Assembly (NCBI GenBank): GCA_035528235.1
Contig: DATKZB010000134.1
Span: forward strand, 1 to 46,899
Length of the DNA stretch: 46,899 bases
Direction of reading: 5' to 3'
DNA from: Phycisphaerae bacterium
GTDB taxonomy: Bacteria; Planctomycetota; Phycisphaerae; FEN-1346
This document shows, one piece after another, positions 17,113 through 26,013 of this stretch. The stretch's first letter is position 1, and every line of letters starts with the position of its first letter. The position numbers were made by a program, and so were the translations under genes. The notes under the pieces are model-generated. The model made no database searches. It was not told the origin of the DNA and saw nothing but the letters and a program-made list of their open reading frames with translations.

Positions 17113-18855
17113 TCACGTCACCAGTTCCGGAAACTGCCGCCGGGTAATCTCGGCCAGGTAGGCATCCACTTCGCGGTCGGAATCGAACTGGAACACCTTG
17201 TCGCAGACCTCCCGGGCCTGGTCCATCGTCACGGCGCGAATCACCTTCTTAATCTCCAACAGCGTGGCGGGGGATACGCTGAAAACCTGGACGCCCAGGC
17301 CCAGCAGGACGAGAACGTAGTTGGGCTCGCCGGCCATTTCGCCGCACACCGCCACCTCGACGCCGGCCTCGCGTGCCGCGTCGACGACGGTCTTGATGAG
17401 CCGCAGGACCGCCGGATGGCCGGGCGTGTACATGCCCGCCACGCGTTCGTTCGACCGGTCGACCGCCAGGACGTACTGCGTCAGGTCGTTGGTGCCGATG
17501 CTGAAGAAGTCGCACTCCCGGGCGAAGTTCCGGGCCAGGATGGCGGCACTGGGCACCTCGATCATGATGCCGACCCGGATGTCGGCGTCGGTGTGGACGC
17601 TTTCTTCCTCGAGGTCCTCGCGGACGTCGGCCAGCAGCATCTTCGCCTGCCGCAACTCCTTCAGGTTGGTGATGAGCGGGAACATGATCCGCACGGGCCC
17701 CAGGGTGCTGGCCCGGAGGATGGCCCGCAGTTGCGTCTTGAACGCCGCAACGTGCTGAAGGCTGAAGCGGATGCTGCGGCACCCGAGAAAGGGGTTCCGT
17801 TCGTCGTAGTCGCCCAAGAGATGCGTGAACTTGTCGGCCCCGAGGTCGCACGTCCGGATGGTCAGCGGCCGCCCGCCGCTGGCCTCGACGGCCTCGGCGT
17901 ACGCCCGGAAGTGGTCTTCCTCGCTGGGCTCCTCGTTGCGGTCCAGGTACAGAAACTCCGTCCGGTACAGGCCGATGCCGCTGGCCCCGCGGTCCAGGCA
18001 GGTCCGGACTTCGTGCGGGAACTCGATGTTGCCCCACAGGTGGACCTCGTGGCCGTCCAGGGTGACGGCCGGCTCGTCCTTGAGGTGGCCGAGTTCCTCC
18101 TCAAGACGGTGGAACCGCTGCTCGGCCTCGCGGAAACGCGTGATGGCGGGCTCGTCGGGATTGATGACCACCAGGCCACGGTTGCCGTCGACGATGACGA
18201 GGTCGCCGCCGGAGATGTCGGCGGTGATGTTCTGGAGTCCGACGACCGCCGGGATGCCCATGGCCCGCGCCACGATGGTGGTGTGGCTGGTCCGACCGCC
18301 GGCGTCGGTGGCGAAGGCGAGGACCTTCGAGCGGTCCAGGCCGGCCGTCTGGCTGGGGGTCAGGTCGTGGGCGATGATGATGACGGGCTGCGTCAGTTGA
18401 CTGAGGTTCTCGCGTTTGGCCCCGATCAGGTTCCTCAGGAGCCGCTTCTCGACGTCCCAGACGTCGGCGACGCGCTCGGACATGTACCGGTTCGGCAGGG
18501 CGAGGATCTTGTCGGCATAGCCCTTCACGACCTGGGCGACGGCGAATTCGGGGGTGTAGTGCTCGCGGGAGACCAATTCGCGGACCTCGGCGATGAGTTT
18601 GGGGTCGCCGAGCAGGGCGTCCTGGACGTCGAAGATGGCGCCGAGTTTCTCGCCGATGTCCGACGTCACGCGCTGGCGCAGGTCGCGGACCTCCTCCCTG
18701 GCCCGCCGGACGGCGCCGTCGAACCGGACCAGTTCGGTCTCGACCTCGCCGGGTTCGATGATGCGGCGGGGAATCCGGAACTGCTCGCTGTCCAGGACGA
18801 CGGCGGGAGCGATCGCCACGCCCGGCGAGACCGCGATGCCTTTGCGCGTTTCCAT
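17113..18855 (-). CDS. ptsI: Phosphoenolpyruvate-protein phosphotransferase (PTS Enzyme I), no GAF domain
   Basis: The product is 580 aa. The phospho-histidine region is GGRTSHTTIVARAMGIPAVVG. The PEP-utilising C-terminal motifs are IGTNDLTQY and MIEVPSAA. Confidence 0.92.
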   Translation of the reverse strand: METRKGIAVSPGVAIAPAVVLDSEQFRIPRRIIEPGEVETELVRFDGAVRRAREEVRDLRQRVTSDIGEKLGAIFDVQDALLGDPKLIAEVRELVSREHYTPEFAVAQVVKGYADKILALPNRYMSERVADVWDVEKRLLRNLIGAKRENLSQLTQPVIIIAHDLTPSQTAGLDRSKVLAFATDAGGRTSHTTIVARAMGIPAVVGLQNITADISGGDLVIVDGNRGLVVINPDEPAITRFREAEQRFHRLEEELGHLKDEPAVTLDGHEVHLWGNIEFPHEVRTCLDRGASGIGLYRTEFLYLDRNEEPSEEDHFRAYAEAVEASGGRPLTIRTCDLGADKFTHLLGDYDERNPFLGCRSIRFSLQHVAAFKTQLRAILRASTLGPVRIMFPLITNLKELRQAKMLLADVREDLEEESVHTDADIRVGIMIEVPSAAILARNFARECDFFSIGTNDLTQYVLAVDRSNERVAGMYTPGHPAVLRLIKTVVDAAREAGVEVAVCGEMAGEPNYVLVLLGLGVQVFSVSPATLLEIKKVIRAVTMDQAREVCDKVFQFDSDREVDAYLAEITRRQFPELVT

Positions 18856-18882
18856 GGGACTTAGGTCGGCCCCCGGAGTGGG

Positions 18883-19152
18883 TCAGTCCTTGTCGAAGTC
18901 GGCTACGATTCCGGCCAGGGCATCGAGGCAGGCCTGGGCGTCTTTCCCTTCGCTCTCCAGGAGGAGCATCGTGCCCGGCGCGGCCTCAAGCAACATCATC
19001 TCCGTAATGATCTTGCCGTTGACCTCCTGGTCGCCCTTGTGCACCGTGACGGTGCAGTCGAACCGGCCGGCGGTCTCGACGAATTTGGCCGCCGGCCGCA
19101 TGTGCAGCCCCTGAGGATTGACGATTTTTACCTCGCGTACGGGCACAAGCAT
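18883..19152 (-). CDS. ptsH: HPr/NPr-type phosphocarrier protein
   Basis: The product is 89 aa. The active-site His context is NPQGLHMRPAAKF. Confidence 0.88.
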   Translation of the reverse strand: MLVPVREVKIVNPQGLHMRPAAKFVETAGRFDCTVTVHKGDQEVNGKIITEMMLLEAAPGTMLLLESEGKDAQACLDALAGIVADFDKD

Positions 19153-19188
19153 GTCTTCCCAGGGCGTGGGGGCCGACGCCGGCGGGCG

Positions 19189-19659
19189 TCATCCCATTTC
19201 CTCATCGGCCTCGCGCAGCAAGTCCACCAGTTCCTCGCGGGTGGACGCCTGGCACATGAAGCGGCGGAGGTGGTCGTTCTTGATGCTGCGGAAGATGTGC
19301 TCCATCGCCTTCAGGTGCTGCTCGGGCTGATCCGGGTTCGACAGCAGCAGGAAGAACAGGCGGACCGGCTCGCGGTCCAGGGAGGCGAAATCGATACCCG
19401 CGGCGCTGCGGGCCACCAGACCCACCACCCCCTTGATGCCCTCGTGTTTGGCGTGCGGGATCGCGACACCGTTGCCGAACCCCGTCGTCCCCTTCTTCTC
19501 GCGACGCAGGACGGCCTCCACCACCTTGGCGTGGTCTTTCTTCGCCAGGGCCTTGATGGTGACCAAGTGGCCGACCATCTCGTCGATCACGGCCCGGGCC
19601 GTCTCCGCCGCCAGACTGGGCAGGACGGCGTCGGGCGCGATGAATTCCATCAGTTTCAT
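19189..19659 (-). CDS. ptsN: PTS EIIA-Ntr (nitrogen regulatory IIA)
   Basis: The product is 156 aa. The motif GTTGFGNGVAIPHAK contains the phosphorylatable His. This is the typical PtsN length and context, between hpf and HPr. Confidence 0.88.
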   Translation of the reverse strand: MKLMEFIAPDAVLPSLAAETARAVIDEMVGHLVTIKALAKKDHAKVVEAVLRREKKGTTGFGNGVAIPHAKHEGIKGVVGLVARSAAGIDFASLDREPVRLFFLLLSNPDQPEQHLKAMEHIFRSIKNDHLRRFMCQASTREELVDLLREADEEMG

Positions 19660-19687
19660 CTGGGCAGGTCCTCGTAACCAACGCCGC

Positions 19688-20017
19688 CTACGTGCGCGTG
19701 GGCTGATGCGGGCTCGGCCCGCGGCCTTTCCGGTGGCGGGTCCGGTCCTTGTATTCGATCAACTGCCGCTCGAGGCGGTCCACCGCCTGGTCGATGACCG
19801 CGTGCAAGTCGTGCCCCACGGCATGGGCCACCAGGTCGTGCGTCCGCTCCAGGTTGACGATCAGCTCGCAGGAGAACCCGTCGCCCCCCTTGTTGAGCAC
19901 CACCCGGATCGACTGAATCTTGTCGTAGTACTTGAGCAGTCTCCCGGCTTTCTCCTTAGCCCGGTCCTTCATCTCGTCGGCAATCGAATCGTGCCGAACG
20001 GTGACTTCTATCTGCAA
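19688..20017 (-). CDS. hpf: Ribosome hibernation promoting factor (short HPF/RaiA family)
   Basis: The sequence (M)QIEVTVRHDSIADEMKDRAKEKAGRLLKYYDKIQSIRVVL...DLHAVIDQAVDRLERQLIEYKD fits the family. The TTG start is preceded by GGAGG. Confidence 0.88.
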   Translation of the reverse strand: MQIEVTVRHDSIADEMKDRAKEKAGRLLKYYDKIQSIRVVLNKGGDGFSCELIVNLERTHDLVAHAVGHDLHAVIDQAVDRLERQLIEYKDRTRHRKGRGPSPHQPTRT

Positions 20018-20083
20018 AGTATTCCTCCATCCCTAGAGACCGCTCGTCCGACCGCCAGGAAACGCCTTTCGACGTTGGAACGG

Positions 20084-20112
20084 AGTGTATCAGCCCCCCG
20101 CGGCAAAGTCAA
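20084..20112 (-). promoter_or_regulatory. Sigma70-like promoter candidate TTGACT-17 nt-TACACT for hpf-ptsN-ptsH-ptsI
   Basis: On the minus strand the -35 hexamer is at 20112-20107 and the -10 hexamer at 20089-20084. The spacer is exactly 17 nt. It lies about 70 nt upstream of the hpf start. Confidence 0.5.
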
Positions 20113-20163
20113 CGATTTCGCGCCACGCCCCGAGCAGGCCCCCGTCGGTCGGCCTTTTTGGGG

Positions 20164-20192
20164 TTGACGGTTGGCCTGGCCCGGGGTACAGT
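20164..20192 (+). promoter_or_regulatory. Sigma70-like promoter candidate TTGACG-17 nt-TACAGT for pheA-aroF
   Basis: The hexamers are at 20164-20169 and 20187-20192. It is divergent from the hpf promoter. Confidence 0.45.
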
Positions 20193-20262
20193 AAGCCGCT
20201 TTAGGAAACGGGGAAACTGTGCGCCGGCGCCGTGGCTGCGCGTCGGGCACTCGGGACCGGTC

Positions 20263-21342
20263 ATGAACCTCGACGAACTGAGAAAGCGGATTGATGACAT
20301 CGACACGCGGCTCGTCGAGTTGCTCAACGAGCGGGCCCGCTGTGCCGTCGACGTCGGAAAGGTCAAACGCCAAGCCGGTCAGGACTCGGTCTACAACCCC
20401 GAACGCGAACGCGAGATCTTCGAGCACATCATGCAGGCCAACCAGGGTCCCCTCTCCGACCACGCCCTGATGGCCATCTGGAAAGAGATGATGAGCGGGA
20501 GCCTCTCGCTCGAGAAGGCCCTGAAGATCGCCTACCTGGGGCCGGAGGGCAGTTTCAGCCACCTGGCCGCCCTCGAAAAATTCGGCCACAGCGTCGAACT
20601 CGTCTCCGTCCGCGACATCTCGGCGGTCTTCGACCAGGTGGCCCGCGCCGCGGCCGACTACGGCATCGTCCCCGTCGAGAACACCACCGGCGGCGCCGTC
20701 CGCGACACCATGGAGTGTTTCCTGTGGGTCCACGGGCCCATCAAGGTCTGCGCCGAGATGGCCCTGCCCATCCACCAGAACCTCCTGTCGAAGACGACCC
20801 TCGAAAAAATCACCAAGATCTACTCCAAACCACAGGTCTTCGACCAGTGCCGCCAGTGGCTTACCAAGCACATCAAGCAGGCCGACCTGGTGGCCGTGGG
20901 GTCGACGGCCGAGGCCGCGCTGCTGGCCTCGCGCGTCGAGGGCACCGCCGCCATCGGTTCCGAAATGGCCGCCGAGGTGTACGACCTCACGAACCTGGCC
21001 CCCTCCATCGAAGACAACCCCCGGAACCAGACGCGGTTCCTCGTTCTCGGCCGGGCAAGCCCCAAGCCCACCGGCCGAGACAAGACCTGCCTGCTGTTCA
21101 GCGTCGTTCACAAGGCGGGGGCACTGGTCGAGGTCCTCGACATCATCCGCCGGCACGGCATCAACATGACCAAGATCGAGTCGCACCCCTTCCCCACCAA
21201 GACGTGGGAGTATTACTTCTTCGTCGACATCGAGGGCCACGCCGACGACGAGAACGTCAAGGCGGCCCTCGAAGAGTCGCGGCGCCATTGCCGCCAACTG
21301 GAAATCCTGGGGTCGTTCCCCGTGGCCGTAACGGCCGAATAA
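20263..21342 (+). CDS. pheA: Bifunctional chorismate mutase / prephenate dehydratase (P-protein)
   Basis: The start was chosen at MNLDELRKRIDDIDTRLVELLNERARCA, the chorismate mutase helix. The prephenate dehydratase domain (IAYLGPEGSFSHLAA, NQTRFLVL) and a C-terminal ACT domain follow. Confidence 0.9.
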   Translation: MNLDELRKRIDDIDTRLVELLNERARCAVDVGKVKRQAGQDSVYNPEREREIFEHIMQANQGPLSDHALMAIWKEMMSGSLSLEKALKIAYLGPEGSFSHLAALEKFGHSVELVSVRDISAVFDQVARAAADYGIVPVENTTGGAVRDTMECFLWVHGPIKVCAEMALPIHQNLLSKTTLEKITKIYSKPQVFDQCRQWLTKHIKQADLVAVGSTAEAALLASRVEGTAAIGSEMAAEVYDLTNLAPSIEDNPRNQTRFLVLGRASPKPTGRDKTCLLFSVVHKAGALVEVLDIIRRHGINMTKIESHPFPTKTWEYYFFVDIEGHADDENVKAALEESRRHCRQLEILGSFPVAVTAE

Positions 21343-21364
21343 CCGACGCGAGGCTCGTTTCCGC

Positions 21365-22390
21365 ATGATCATCGTCATGCAATCCAAGGCGGCCGACGCC
21401 CAGGTCGACGCGGTCAGGGGCCGCATCGAGGACCTGGGGCTGAAGGCCCACATCTCGCGCGGCGAGTTCCGGACCATCATCGGGGCCATCGGCGACGAGA
21501 CCCTCCTCAAAGCCGAGTTCTTCGCGGGCCTGGCGGGTGTCGAGTCCGTCATGCCCATCATGAAGCCCTACAAACTCGCCAGCCGCGACTTCCACGCCGA
21601 GGACACCGTCCTGGAGATCGGCCCCTTCAAGGCCGGCGGGCCGTACGTCTCGGTCATCGCGGGCCCCTGTGCCATCGAGAGCGAGAAACAGTGCCGCGAC
21701 ACCGCCCGCGTCGTCCGCGACGCCGGCGCCGTGATGCTCCGCGGCGGCGCCTTCAAGCCGCGCACCAGCCCCTACAGTTTCCAGGGACTGGGGGAGGACG
21801 GCCTCAAGATCCTCCAGGCCGTCGGCGCCGAGGTCGGCCTGCCCACCGTCACCGAAGTCGTCGACGTCCGCGAGGTCGAACTCGTCGCCCGCTACGCCGA
21901 CGTCCTCCAGGTGGGCGCCCGCAACATGCAGAATTTCCGCCTCCTGACCGAGATCGGGCAGACCCGAAAGCCCGTCTTCCTCAAACGCGGACCGGCCGCC
22001 ACCACCGAGGAACTCCTCATGTCGGCCGAGTACATCCTCAGCGAGGGCAACCACCGCGTCATGCTGTGCGAGCGCGGCGTGCGGGGGTTCGACAAGGCCA
22101 CCCGCTACACCCTCGACCTGGCCGCCGTGCCCGTCATCCAGGGCACCTGTCACCTGCCGGTCCTCGTCGACCCCAGTCACGCGACCGGACGCCGCGAACT
22201 CGTCTCCCCCATGGCCCTGGCCGCCGTGGCCGCCGGGGCCCACGGCATCATGGTCGAGGTGCACCCCGACCCCGAGAAGGCCATGAGCGACGGGCCCCAG
22301 CAACTGACGCCCGACGCCTTCCGGTTGATGATGCAGGAACTGGCGCCCATCGCCCACGCCGTCGGACGCCACCTGCAACAGCCCGTTTAG
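21365..22390 (+). CDS. aroF: 3-deoxy-7-phosphoheptulonate (DAHP) synthase, type I-beta with N-terminal regulatory domain
   Basis: The sequence MIIVMQSKAADAQVDAVRGRIEDLGLKAHISRGEFRTIIGAIGD is a ferredoxin-like regulatory domain. The catalytic barrel follows: IAGPCAIESEKQ, LRGGAFKPRTSPYSFQGLG, and VDPSHATGRRELV. Confidence 0.9.
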   Translation: MIIVMQSKAADAQVDAVRGRIEDLGLKAHISRGEFRTIIGAIGDETLLKAEFFAGLAGVESVMPIMKPYKLASRDFHAEDTVLEIGPFKAGGPYVSVIAGPCAIESEKQCRDTARVVRDAGAVMLRGGAFKPRTSPYSFQGLGEDGLKILQAVGAEVGLPTVTEVVDVREVELVARYADVLQVGARNMQNFRLLTEIGQTRKPVFLKRGPAATTEELLMSAEYILSEGNHRVMLCERGVRGFDKATRYTLDLAAVPVIQGTCHLPVLVDPSHATGRRELVSPMALAAVAAGAHGIMVEVHPDPEKAMSDGPQQLTPDAFRLMMQELAPIAHAVGRHLQQPV

Positions 22391-22515
22391 CCGTCGCCAG
22401 CACAGCAACGTACGAACTGTTTAGCCGTCGCCCGTACGACAACGTACGAATACTTAGCCGTCGCCCGTATGGCGACTTACGAACTGTTTAGCCGCGACCC
22501 GAAGGGGAGCGCGTT
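22385..22515. repeat. Tandem array (about 4 units of 32-35 bp) of GTTTAGCCGTCGCC...GGCGAC hairpin repeats
   Basis: The units start at 22385, 22419, 22454 and 22486. The first unit contains the aroF stop codon (GTT TAG at 22385-22390). There are no unique spacers between units. Confidence 0.75.
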
Positions 22516-22557
22516 ACCGTAACCCGCACCGACCGATTCACGGCGGAGGTCGCTCGC

Positions 22558-23328
22558 ATGCGTAAGCCGTTCATCTGTGGCAACTGGAAGATGCACACGA
22601 ACCGGGCCGAGGCCGTCGCCCTGGCCCAGGCCACTGCCAAGACCGCCGCCGAGGTGCCGGCCGTCGAGGTCGGCGCCTGCCCGCCCGCCTGTTACATCGA
22701 GGCGGTCGTGGCTGCCGGCAAGGGCACGCCCCTGGTGGTCGGCGGCCAGAACATGGGCGTCGAGGCCAAGGGCGCCTTTACCGGCGAGATTGCCGGGCCC
22801 ATGCTCAAGGACCTCGGATGCCGGTACGTCATCCTGGGTCACAGCGAGCGGCGGCACGTGTTCGGCGAACCCGACGACCTCATCGCCCGGAAGATGCACG
22901 CGGCCTTCGCCTTCGGCCTGCTGCCGATCCTCTGCGTCGGCGAACTCCTCGAGCAGCGCCAGGCCGGCCAGACCCAGGACGTCGTCCGCCGCCACGTGAC
23001 CGGCGGCTTCGAAGGCCTCTCGAAGGACCAGGCCGCCCAGGTCGTCGTCGCGTACGAACCCGTCTGGGCCATCGGAACCGGCGAGACCGCCACCCCCGAC
23101 CAGGCCCAGGAGGTCCACGCGTTTATCCGGGCCCTGCTGACCGACCTGTACGATGCGCCCCTGGCCCAGGCGATCCGCATTCAGTATGGTGGCAGCGTCA
23201 AGCCCGACAACACGTACGATCTTCTGGGGCAGCCCGACATCGACGGGGCACTCGTCGGCGGCGCCAGCCTCAAGGCCGAGTCGTTCAGCACCATCATCAC
23301 CGAGGCCGCCAGGGCACAAACCGTTTAG
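22558..23328 (+). CDS. tpiA: Triosephosphate isomerase
   Basis: The motifs are MRKPFICGNWKMH, ILGHSERR, AYEPVWAIGTG and YGGSVKPDN. Confidence 0.95.
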   Translation: MRKPFICGNWKMHTNRAEAVALAQATAKTAAEVPAVEVGACPPACYIEAVVAAGKGTPLVVGGQNMGVEAKGAFTGEIAGPMLKDLGCRYVILGHSERRHVFGEPDDLIARKMHAAFAFGLLPILCVGELLEQRQAGQTQDVVRRHVTGGFEGLSKDQAAQVVVAYEPVWAIGTGETATPDQAQEVHAFIRALLTDLYDAPLAQAIRIQYGGSVKPDNTYDLLGQPDIDGALVGGASLKAESFSTIITEAARAQTV

Positions 23329-23417
23329 CCGTCGCCACCCACGGCGACGCATGAACCGTTTAGCCGTCGCCGGCACGGCGACGCATGAACCGTTTAGCCG
23401 TCGCCGGCACGGCGACG
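23323..23417. repeat. Tandem array (3 units of 34-35 bp) of GTTTAGCCGTCGCCGGCACGGCGACGCATGAACC hairpin repeats
   Basis: The units are at 23323-23357, 23358-23391 and 23392-23417 and are nearly identical. The first unit contains the tpiA stop codon (TAG at 23326-23328). Confidence 0.8.
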
Positions 23418-23449
23418 TAAACCGAGCAACTTGTGATACGAGGTGATCC

Positions 23450-23827
23450 GTGGAAACCGTATGCATGGTCATGTTCGTGTTGACGGCCGTCATCCTGGTC
23501 CTTCTGGTCCTGATTCAGAAAGGCCGCGGCGGCGGCCTGGCCGGGGCGTTTGGCGGCCCCGGCGGCCATAGCGCCTTCGGAACCAAGACGGCCGACGTCT
23601 TCATCAAGGCCACCGCCGTCGTCGGGGGCCTCTTCTTCGTCTTGTCGATCCTCACGGCCTGGGTCATGCGGCCCGCCGACGCGTTGCCGCCCGAGAAACC
23701 CAAGGCCACGAGTACGGCCGAACCGGGTGGTGCCGCCGACACCCCGGCCACCGACGAGAACACCGGCACCGACACCGACGCGCCTGCCGCGGGCACGCCG
23801 GCCGGCGAGACCAAGCCCGCGCCGTAG
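23450..23827 (+). CDS. secG: Preprotein translocase subunit SecG with Pro/Thr/Ala-rich C-terminal extension
   Basis: The sequence [28 protein letters not shown]....FGTK......[16 protein letters not shown] is the SecG signature. It follows tpiA, as is common. The GTG start is preceded by GAGGTGA. Confidence 0.85.
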   Translation: METVCMVMFVLTAVILVLLVLIQKGRGGGLAGAFGGPGGHSAFGTKTADVFIKATAVVGGLFFVLSILTAWVMRPADALPPEKPKATSTAEPGGAADTPATDENTGTDTDAPAAGTPAGETKPAP

Positions 23828-23850
23828 CGCGCGGGGGACGGGGAGTCCGT

Positions 23851-24444
23851 ATGGCGGACCAGTCGGCCATTCTCGAGACGTTTCGCGAGGCGGGGGCCCT
23901 CCTCGAGGGCCACTTCCTGCTCTCGAGCGGCATGCACAGCCCCGTGTACCTCCAGTGCGCCCTCGTCCTTCAGGACCCGCGTCGGGCCGAGCGCCTGTGC
24001 GGCCAGTTGGCCAAGGCCGTTTCGGCCGGCTGCGCCCAGACCGTCATCGGCCCGGCCATCGGCGGCATCGTCGTGGCCCAGGAACTGGCCCGCGCCCTGG
24101 GCACCCGGGCCATCTTTGCCGAACGCGAGAACGGCTGCATGACTCTGCGGCGCGGCTTCGCCGTCCAGCCCGCCGAGAAGGTCCTCTTGGCCGAAGACGT
24201 CGTGACCACCGGCGGCAGCCTCCGCGAGGTCCAGCAGATGGTCACGGCCGCCGGCGCCGAGGTGGTGGGCGTGGCGGCCCTGGTGGACCGCACCAGCGGC
24301 CGCGACCCCGGTTTCGGCCTGCCGCTGGCGGCCCTCGTCAGCATCGACGTGCCGGCGTACCCGGCCGACCAGTGTCCCCTGTGCCGCGAGGGCCTGCCGC
24401 TCGTCAAACCCGGCAGCCGCGCGGCGCCGGGCAAGAAAAGTTAG
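23851..24444 (+). CDS. pyrE: Orotate phosphoribosyltransferase
   Basis: The N-terminal sequence is GALLEGHFLLSSGMHSPVYLQCA. The PRPP-binding motif is VLLAEDVVTTGGSL. Confidence 0.9.
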   Translation: MADQSAILETFREAGALLEGHFLLSSGMHSPVYLQCALVLQDPRRAERLCGQLAKAVSAGCAQTVIGPAIGGIVVAQELARALGTRAIFAERENGCMTLRRGFAVQPAEKVLLAEDVVTTGGSLREVQQMVTAAGAEVVGVAALVDRTSGRDPGFGLPLAALVSIDVPAYPADQCPLCREGLPLVKPGSRAAPGKKS

Positions 24445-24516
24445 CCGGCGGACTTGTCCGCCGCGAGGAGTCGAAACCGTTTGTTAGCCGGCGGACTTGT
24501 CCGCCGCGAGGAGTCA
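24440..24516. repeat. Two tandem copies of the hairpin repeat GTTAGCCGGCGGACTTGTCCGCCGCGAGGAGTC
   Basis: The copies begin at 24440 and 24484. The first contains the pyrE stop codon (TAG at 24442-24444). It shares the GTTAGCC leader with the GTTTAGCC family, but the stem is different. Confidence 0.75.
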
Positions 24517-24523
24517 CGACACG

Positions 24524-25390
24524 ATGATCCGCAGTATGACAGGCTATGGCGCGGCCGAGCGGACGAACGACCAGGTCCGCATCGTGGTCGAGGTTCGGTC
24601 CGTCAACAACCGCTTTCTCAAAGTGAACCAGCGGGTGCCCAGCGGCCTGGGCGCCGTCGAGGTGACCATCGAGCGTCTTCTGCGCAAGGCCATCAGCCGC
24701 GGCACCGTGAACGTGGCCCTGACGGTCGAGCCGCGCGGTGTCGCCGCCCGCGCCCCCATCAACACCGACATCCTGGCGGCCTACAAGCGCGACCTGGCCG
24801 CCGTGACCGACCACCTGTCCGACGACGCCCTGCTGACCCTGCCGGGCGTGGTCGGAAGCGAGGAGATCCTGCTGACGGGCATCCACGACCTGCCGCGCGA
24901 GATTGAGGCCGCCGTCGCGGCCGCCGTCGAAAACCTCAACCGCATGCGCGACACCGAGGGCCAGGCCACCGCCGGCGACCTGGCGACCACGATCGACGAC
25001 GTCGAGCAGCGCATCGCCGCCATCCAGGCCCGGGCGCCGACCGTCGTCGACGAGTATCGCGTGCGGCTCAAGGAACGCGTCGAGGCGATGCTCAACGGCG
25101 TCGACGTGACGCCCGACGACCAGACGCTCATCCGCGAGGTCGCCTTCTTTGCCGAACGGTCCGACATCAACGAGGAACTGGCCCGTCTGGCGAGCCACGT
25201 GGCCCAGTTCCGCGAGGTGCTGGCCGACTCGGGGCTCGCCGGCAGGAAGTTCGAGTTCCTGACCCAGGAAATGTACCGCGAGGTCAACACGATCGGTTCC
25301 AAGGCGAACGACCCGGAGATCTCACGCCAGGTCGTCGAGATCAAGGTCGGCATCGACCGGCTCCGCGAACAGTCGCTGAACATCGAATGA
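24524..25390 (+). CDS. yicC: YicC family stress-induced protein
   Basis: The sequence MIRSMTGYGAAE.....IVVEVRSVNNRFLKV is the family N-terminus. The C-terminal sequence is GRKFEFLTQEMYREVNTIGSKAND...VVEIKVGIDRLREQSLNIE. Confidence 0.9.
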   Translation: MIRSMTGYGAAERTNDQVRIVVEVRSVNNRFLKVNQRVPSGLGAVEVTIERLLRKAISRGTVNVALTVEPRGVAARAPINTDILAAYKRDLAAVTDHLSDDALLTLPGVVGSEEILLTGIHDLPREIEAAVAAAVENLNRMRDTEGQATAGDLATTIDDVEQRIAAIQARAPTVVDEYRVRLKERVEAMLNGVDVTPDDQTLIREVAFFAERSDINEELARLASHVAQFREVLADSGLAGRKFEFLTQEMYREVNTIGSKANDPEISRQVVEIKVGIDRLREQSLNIE

Positions 25391-26013
25391 CCGCTCCAGA
25401 GCCAGTGGCGAAACGCAGCACGCCGGGCGCGCGGCCGCCGGCCTCGGGCCGCCACCTCGTCGTGGTCAGCGGGCCCAGCGGCGCGGGCAAGACGACCGTC
25501 TGCCGGGCCGTCGCCGAGCGGATGGGTGTGCCCATCAGCACCAGCGCCACCACGCGGCCGCGGCGGGCCGGAGAGGTCGACGGAAAGGACTATGACTTCA
25601 TCGGCGAGGAAGAGTTCCGCCGGCGCGCCGACCAGGGGCGATTCGTCGAGTGGGCCGAGGTCTTCGGCCGCCTCTACGGCACCCCCGTCGAGCAACTCGA
25701 CCGGGCACGCCAGGCCGGCGACGTCCTGCTCCTGGAGATCGACGTTCAGGGCGGGATCCAGATTAAGAAGAAGTTTCCAGAGGCGTTGGCCATCCTGTTG
25801 CTGCCGCCCGACCCTCAGGCCCTTCGGTCGCGCCTTTCGAAGCGCGGCACCGAAGCGCCCGAGGAGGCCAGCCAACGGGTCGCCCAGGCCCAGGAAGAAG
25901 TCCGGAAAGCCAGGCAAGCCGGCTGCTACGACGCCGAGGTCGTCAACGACCGCCTCGACGACGCCGTCCGGCAGGTCATCGAATGGGTCGAAACACGGAG
26001 GAAGCAATCGTGA
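25387..26013 (+). CDS. gmk: Guanylate kinase
   Basis: The P-loop is VVSGPSGAGKTT. The motifs TTRPRRAGEVDGKDYDF and WAEVFGRLYGT are present. The ATGA overlaps the yicC stop. Confidence 0.92.
   Translation: MTAPEPVAKRSTPGARPPASGRHLVVVSGPSGAGKTTVCRAVAERMGVPISTSATTRPRRAGEVDGKDYDFIGEEEFRRRADQGRFVEWAEVFGRLYGTPVEQLDRARQAGDVLLLEIDVQGGIQIKKKFPEALAILLLPPDPQALRSRLSKRGTEAPEEASQRVAQAQEEVRKARQAGCYDAEVVNDRLDDAVRQVIEWVETRRKQS

Noticed and set aside
16189-18864. 891-aa plus-strand ORF
   Set aside because: It is antisense to ptsI and the TIM-barrel gene, both of which have clear family motifs.
22385-23417. GTTTAGCC repeat arrays as possible CRISPR arrays
   Set aside because: The units abut head to tail with a 32-35-bp period, and the sequence between the hairpins is itself conserved (CATGAACC / TACGAACT). 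There are no unique spacers and no cas genes, and the arrays have only 3-4 units.
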